From contig MU053493.1 of NCBI GenBank assembly GCA_013239625.1, positions 1,187,793 to 1,251,792 on the forward strand: a stretch of 64,000 nucleotides of DNA, written 5' to 3'. Positions 57,181-64,000 of this stretch are shown in pieces. The translations under genes were made by a program, and so were the position numbers. The DNA comes from Lama guanicoe (Eukaryota). Under the pieces are notes generated by a model. The model was not told the DNA's origin and did no database searches. It saw nothing but the letters and a program-made list of their open reading frames with translations. How positions within the stretch are numbered: the first letter of the stretch is position 1; every line of letters starts with the position of its first letter.

Positions 57181-60040
57181 TTTTTAGAACATATTAGTTG
57201 GGGGATGTTCCAGTGAAAGCCTTAGTCTTTATAAATAACCGCATGTATGCATTGTGCTGTGAGTGGCACTCACTTCCAGAGAGGGGAACAGGTAGTTCTG
57301 GTCCAGATGCAAGATGCTTGTAATACACAATCATAGGAGAGAGTGTCAAGGAAGGATAGGTTCTGAGTTTTCTGTAGAGTCTATCTGATCGTGCATATTG
57401 ATTTCACAGAGTCAGAGGCCCAAACTGGTAAAAGACTCAGGTCCTGCAGAAATCTGTGCAGAGTCAGACCAGCTGAGCCTCCTGGCCTGCGTGGCAGCAT
57501 CAGAGTTGGCCACATGCCCAGAGGCACACTTGGGCAGGAAAGGAGCTGCTGTTTCCTGTTTCTGTGGGGCTTTTTGGTATGAGAAGCAGGCTGTTATTTT
57601 TCTTTATTCAAAAATGTACTCTGCCATTCCCACATTTCTAGATAAATTGAAGAGGAAGTTGCTATCTTGAAGTAGTTTTTGAATTTTGCAGCATGACCTT
57701 TTAGATTGATAATTTACCAACGTTAAAATTAAGCAAAAACCTGAATTTTTAGATCTGTATAAGACAAAAAATCTAAGGCATTACCTTTTGCATGTTCCAT
57801 TAAAATTCTTCAGATATACTTCCCACTGCTTGGCACAGTGTGTATGTTTGCAGTTGTGTCGGGTGAGAATCTGACCATTGTTTTGAGGTCAAGCATGCTG
57901 CTTGCCTTGCTGTCTGAAGGGTCATCAGTGGGTCAGCTGCATTTGTGGAAACTGCTCAACATCCTCATATTTATTTTCATGAGCGATGTCTTTACTTTAT
58001 AAAGGCTCAAAGCATTCTACAGAATTAGCTTAAAGGTCTTCCTCATTAAAGTCTAATTTATCACATAAAATATTTTGCCCAGAATACAGTGAGCTGTAAG
58101 TACATTTAGAAACTAAACTGACATTTTTATAGTGACTTTGAGTTTACACCTTGGGGAAGAGACTGTCTATTCAGAGCCAGGGTACATGGTACAATTCTGG
58201 GGAAAATGTTGCACCAGACCAGAAATGACCAGGAGGCTGGTTCCCCAAACTCCATTTTGCATTTTTGTTAGTCTGTCCCTGTCTCATCTGCCTGCATCCC
58301 TGGGGTTACTTGAAATTATATCCAAGCATCCCCTGGACCGTCGTGTTCCAGTGGGAGCAAGGGCAGGAGTTATGCAGTAAGATCTAACCTTTGTCACATC
58401 CTGTCTCTGCCAGCCACCCTTGGCATCTTTACATATATTATCTTATTTTATATCCTCAGTAACCCTGTAAAGAAGGTGTCATTTCCATCCTCAATTTGCA
58501 GAAGTAGGAGTTAAGTAACTTGACCAAGTTTTAGGGCAAAAGAATAATTTTGGACATGTTTGTTCCAATTTAAGAGTCTCAGAGATTCAGCACCTGGGAC
58601 AGTGCCTGGAGATGCGGCGTTAACGCGATCTGCTTCTGTTCTGGACAGGAGCAGGAGATAGGGTGTGGAGGTGAATATGATACCACAGGGAGGTTGGGTT
58701 GGTATTGACAGGCACAGAGACTGAAGAGCCCCCGGGCGATGCAGACCTCTGTCTTCTACATCTGCTCAGTCTCCCCCTGTTCTGGTGTTACAGTTGCCTC
58801 TTGAGGTGAGCTGGAGAAGTCTGCTTTGAGGACAAGAATGGTTCCTTGCCATCATTTCTGTGACATGCAACAACGACGACACCCACTGTGTATGCAGCAC
58901 ACAGTCTATTGCTCTCTTGGTCATGTGCTTCTTAGAAGCAAGAGGGATGCTAAATAATCGTTAGTCTTGCAGGTTTCACCAGGATCTCAGATATCAGTGA
59001 CCTTTACCCAATCCTAAGGGATTCATTTATCTTACAGGCTATCCCAGGTTATACTTGAACACGAGTTGGCTCAGAATTAATACAAATGGGATGTGCATGT
59101 GTGTTGGGGAGAGTGGGGTTCGATGCAGTCCCGTTCTCAGAAGGGTCCAAATGAAGGAAACGCGGCATCGCTCGGTCATAGGGTGTATGTGTCTTAAATT
59201 TCAATCTAAGCAATTTAAATTTAATTAGGTAATTCAATTTAATTTAATTTAGGTAATGCCAAACTGTTTCACAAAGAGAAATCTCTTTGCTCCACATCTT
59301 CACCAAAACTTAGTTTAACAAACTTTAAAATTTATGCTCACATAGTGGATATTTGAGTATCTTTTTCCCTTGTTAACTGATAAAGTTCAGCACCTTTTCA
59401 TACTATTTGTAATAGCCCCACACTGGACGCAGTCCAAATGTCCATCAAGGGTAGAATGCATAAATAAACTGTGACATACTGATGTGAAGGAGCAGCATGC
59501 TGCATGATGTTATAAATATTTTCATGCATGCTTTTCCAATGATTGTATCTATGAATTTCCATTCAGTAAATACCTAGGAATGGAATTGCTGGTGCACAGG
59601 ATATTTGTATGTTTAGCTTCGGCAGATACTGCCAAATGGTTTTCTATGCTATAGTCCTAATTTACAGCCTCATTAGCACAATTAACTTTTTCATAAATTT
59701 TATTTTGATATAAGTCCACACATACAGAAAAGTTGCAAGAATAGTACAAGAACTCCCATATGTATTTTACCATACAAATCAGTTACAACTGTATATATTT
59801 TACCTTATTTGTGCATTTCTCTCACACTCCTCCATTCCTCCCTTTTTCTGTGTAATATTGTATTATGTCATATGTGTACATGTAGGTGCCTGTGTCTGTA
59901 TATGAATATACAGACTTTGATCACTTGGTTAAGGTTGTGTAACTAGGTTCTTCCCCTGTAAAATTACTGTTTTCCCTTTGTAATTATTAGGATTTTTCTC
60001 CTCAAAGTTTTATCTCCCAGCTTTAGAACACTTTGATGGG

Positions 60041-60187
60041 TTTTTTTTATTTATTTTTGATTTTTTAAAATTTGGGAGGAGAGGTAATTCAGTTTACTTA
60101 TTTATTTTTAGAGAGGGTACTAGGGATTGAACCCAGGACCCTGTGTATGCTAAGCATGTGCTCTATCACTTGAGCTATACCCTCCCC
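60041..60187 (-). mobile_element. tRNA-Ala-derived SINE
   Basis: gaggtaattcagttt tail, gggattgaacccaggacc, gagctataccctcccc; degenerate TSD aacactttgatgggttt / aacctctgatgaattt. Confidence 0.92.
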
Positions 60188-61130
60188 AACCTCTGATGAA
60201 TTTCTAACTCTGTCACTTGTCCTATATTCCTGTTCTCTTGTATGGAAGAGCTGTACCTTATCCGTTTATTTATTCATCTATTTATATGGACTTATGGATC
60301 TTATTTTATCTAGAGAGTTTTATTCTGTTATGATTATGATTTATTTTAAAGCTCAAACTGCCCCAGGTTTGGCTGATGGGGAAGCCCTCAACTGAGCCCT
60401 CTGTCCTTTTGATTTGTGCCCATCATTGTTTTAATGCCTCCTTCCTTTCCTATACGACAAGGTATAGATCCAGGATCACCATTTCATGATGTTCCAGCTC
60501 TGAAATCAGCCCTTTTTTTTTTGGAAGCCTATTTACATTTATTAGAGAATGTTATTCATAAATCAAGATATGGGTGCTGGATGTGCTCATTGCGTCTAAG
60601 CCTTGTCAGAATTAGAAAATGTATAGTTCTGTGTGGAACTATTTATCTATCTATCAGAAAAACAAGATTTTATCTTGATACTTTCAACTCCAGTCAGCAT
60701 TACCTTTTCCATATTTGTAACTCCTTTGACCAGAAGTGATACCTTTCTTTCAACACCCTTAATACATTGACTTATTTGCCCAAATCTAGAATATACAGAA
60801 AGTGGCATCAGAATTGCCATTGAACACCAAAGGGAAAAAAAATAAACTGACAACTATAGCTCAGTATTTGTGTGGGAGTATTTTTGAGGTAAAATTTACA
60901 TAAGTGAAATGCACATTTTAATTCCCCAAGTTAGTAAATTCTGACAAATGCATATACTCATGTAAATGACACCTCTCTCAAGATACTGAAATTTTCCATC
61001 GCTCCAGAAAGTTTCACTGTGACCTACCCCAGTCAACACCCTCTCAAGGCAACCATTTTTCCAATGTTTGTGTGTGTGTGTAGATTTGCTTTGCCAAACC
61101 TAAAACTTCATATAAAAGGAACTATGAGGT

Positions 61131-61272
61131 GGGGAAGGTATAGCTCAGTGGTGGAGCGTGTGCTTGGTATACCCAAGGTCCCCCAGTACCTCCATTAAAA
61201 AAAGTACATAAATAAAAACCTAATTACCCTCTCTCCCCCAAAAATATAAATAAAAATAAATTAATTTAAAAA
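61131..61272 (+). mobile_element. tRNA-Ala-derived SINE with B-box deletion
   Basis: tatagctcagtggtggagcg...aaggtcccccagtacctcca (ggttcaat missing), aaaacctaattaccc, A tail. Confidence 0.9.
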
Positions 61273-64000
61273 GCAGCTTGGTTCTCTTGTCTCCAGCTTC
61301 TGTGAGATTCATCCATGTGACTTCATGTAGCCATAGTCTGTTGCTTTTTATTGTTGAGTAGTAAGTATTTCATTGTAAAAATACACCAAATCTGATAACC
61401 CATTCTCTTGTTGATGGGCATCACGGTGTGATACTGTGAATAATGCTGCTTTGATCATACTTGTCCACAACTTTGTGTGGATATGTGTTTTCATTTCTCT
61501 TGAATAAGTACCTAAAAGTGGAGCTGCTGGGTCATGGGGTTTGTATGTGCTTAGTTTTATAGAAAACTATCACATATCTGCCAAATTAGTTGCGTCATCT
61601 TTATGCTCCCTCCAGCATTATGAGAGAGTTCTGGGTGCTCCACATCCTTGCCAACATTTGATGTTGTCAGACTTTAAAAATTTTAACCATTCCAGTGGGT
61701 ATCAGGTGATACCTCTTGGTAGTTTTAACTACCATTTTTCCAATAACTAATGATACTGAGCACTTTTTCATGCACTCGTTGGCCATATCTATATATTCTT
61801 TTGAAGTTCTTTTTCCAGTCTTTTGTCCATTTTTAAAATTGGATTGTTCGTCTTTTCATTATTGTCACAGAAGTTTTTTTAAAGATTCTGCAAATAATTA
61901 TCAGGTATATGTCTTCTAAATATTTTTCTTAGTTTGTGATTTGTCTGTTTTCTAAATAGTGCCTTTTGAGAAGTTGACTTTTGAATGTTGATAAAGTCCA
62001 ACATACTGATTTTTTTCTTTTATGGTTATTGCTCTCTGTGTTCTAAGAAATTTTTACCTTACCCTAGGTTACAAATATATAATCCTACATTTTATTCTAA
62101 AAGTTTTATAGTTTTAGCTTTAATGTTTAGTTTTGTGATCCGTCTTGAATTAATTTTTATGTGTGGTTTTAGGCACATTGAGGCACATTTTTTTCCATGT
62201 GATAATGTAGCTCTTCCCAGCACCATCTGTTGAAGTCTTACCTTTCACCATTGAGTTGCTTTGGCAAATTTGTGGGTCTGTTCTGGACCCTCTGTTTGGT
62301 CCCATTGATCTACGTGTCTATCTTCATGTCCATATCAAACTGTTTCTATTATTATAGCCTTATAGTAACTCTGGAAGTTCTATAAGACTTCCATCTTTAT
62401 TCTTTATCAAGATAATTTTAGCTATTCTCAGTCCATTGAATTGTCATTTAATTTTTTAGACTCAATAATGTCTGCTGGGATTTTTTAATAGAATTGCATT
62501 GAAGCTACAGTTCACTTTTGGGAGAACGGACCATGATACTGATTTTCTGAATTCACAAATGTGGTACATCCCTCTGTTTAGGGGTTCTCTACTTTCTCTC
62601 AGCAAAGTTTTATGTTTCACTGTAGAAAGTGTTGGCATATTTTATTAAATTTATTCCTAATTATTTTATGTTTTTAAAGCCATTGTAAATTGATTTAGTT
62701 TAATTGTACTTTCTGTTTGCTGCTGATATATATAAATACAAATTTTTTTTGTATATCAGCCTTGTAACTTGCAGTCTTGCTAAATGCATTTATTAGTTAT
62801 AGAGCTCTTAGACTTTTCTAAGACTGGCACTCATGTCATCTGCAAAAAGAGGAACTTTTCCTTTTTCCTTCAACCTTTTCCCCTATTGCACTGGCTACGA
62901 TCTCCTATCCAAGTGTTAAGACTAAAGATGCTCACCTTTTTCCTAATCTTAGGGGAAAACAATTCAACATTTTACCGTAAAGTATGATGGTAGGTGTAGG
63001 ATTTTCTGCTGTAAATGTACTGTATCCAATGAGGAAATTCCTTTTTATTCCAAGATTTCAGGATTTTTTTCTTTAAAAATCATAAATACCTGCTGAACTT
63101 AGTCAAATGTTTTTTTCTTTTTCTGTTAGTATACCGAGTAATATTGATTGCTTCTTGAATGTTAACCCAACCCTCCATTCTTGGGATACACTCTCCCTGG
63201 TCATGATTCTTTTTTATCTATTGTAGAATTCAACTAGTATTTTGTTATGAAGCTTATGCCTATGTCCACAATGGTTATTGATCTGTACTTTTCTTTTAAT
63301 ATTCTTCTCTAATTTTGGCTGGCCTTATACAACAAGTTGGGACTCTTTCCTTCTCTTCTATGTTTAGAGTTTGTGTAAGTTTGGTTTTATTTCTCCTTTC
63401 AATGTTTGGTACAATTTATAAGTGAGATCATCTATATCTTTTTTTTTAAGTGAGAATTTTCATAATGAACACAATTTCCATAGCAGATACAGATTCAGAA
63501 TAAAATATGCTGTTTAAATGTTCTATTTCATCTTTTTTTTAGTATAATTTTTTTGAAAAGGGAGAGAAAGAGAGAGAAAAGGAGGATTTATTTCATCTCA
63601 TTCACATTTAATTGAGTTGTGTTTTTAAGTAAATTTGTCCATTTCATCTAAATCATCTAATTTATTATAATAATTATATATAATATCCTTTTATTATCCT
63701 TTGTATACCTGTAGAACCTGAGGTTCTATCCCCTCTTTTATTTCCTCTCCTCTTTCTCTCACTCTTCCTCTTGCTCTTTTTCATCAGTCTTGCTGGAGGT
63801 TTATTAATCTTACTCACCTTTCCAAGGAACTAAAGTTTAGTTTCTTTAATTCTCTCTTTTATGTTTTCCTTTATTTTCTTTTTCACTGATTTCAGCTCTT
63901 TGTGGTTTCCTTCTACTTATTTTGGTTTTGATTTGCTTATCTTTTACAAAAGATACTTAAGGTGAAAAGCTAGGTCATTAATATTAAGCATTTGTTCTTT

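Larger units (their letters stand above)
59180..64000 (-). mobile_element. Old L1 fragments (L1MC/MB-like 3'UTRs and ORF2), running off the window end
   Basis: atacctaggaatggaattgctgg, tacagaaaagttgcaagaatagtaca, ctccacatccttgccaacatttg, gaattgcattgaa..., continuous T-rich antisense ORF2; short plus-strand piece at ~59400-59510. Confidence 0.88.

Noticed and set aside
501..61272. tRNA-Ala genes, including an apparent AGT-anticodon variant at 21036
   Set aside because: All copies have SINE tails and/or TSDs and broken stems or boxes (the 21036 copy has two acceptor-stem mismatches and one T-stem mismatch). They are SINEs, not tRNA genes.
1..64000. CRISPR array, operon or other prokaryotic/viral system
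   Set aside because: No regularly spaced repeat-spacer units and no gene-dense ORFs; the recurrent sequences are dispersed mammalian retroelements.

Overview
Mammalian, non-coding, repeat-rich genomic DNA, almost certainly camelid (alpaca/camel/vicuna): it carries 14 copies of a tRNA-Ala(AGC)-derived SINE with an AAACCTAATTACCTCCCC tail (Vic-1 type) and I see no Alu, B1/B2, Bov-tA or PRE-1. There is no credible protein-coding ORF: the ORF track is L1 ORF2 remnants and chance frames in GC-rich DNA. The window is a mosaic of L1 fragments (old L1M-type and younger 3' ends), HAL1-like, L2 and MIR relics, 12 solo LTRs (ERV1-like, MaLR MLT1, MER21-like), hAT/Tigger fossils and microsatellites. About 7-43 kb is GC-rich and largely unique; about 45-64 kb is AT-rich and L1-dense. 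Eleven of 12 LTRs lie on the minus strand, suggesting an intron (or introns) of a plus-strand transcription unit that I cannot name. I found no new biological system. The best leads are retrotransposition architectures (a possible SINE-Zaphod chimeric retrocopy, a twin-primed L1, nested insertions with target-site duplications [TSDs]), an unexplained ~115-bp duplication, a near-consensus CTCF site, dense AP-1 motifs and several candidate cryptic exons. Repeat subfamily names come from my recollection of consensus sequences and need RepeatMasker/Dfam confirmation.
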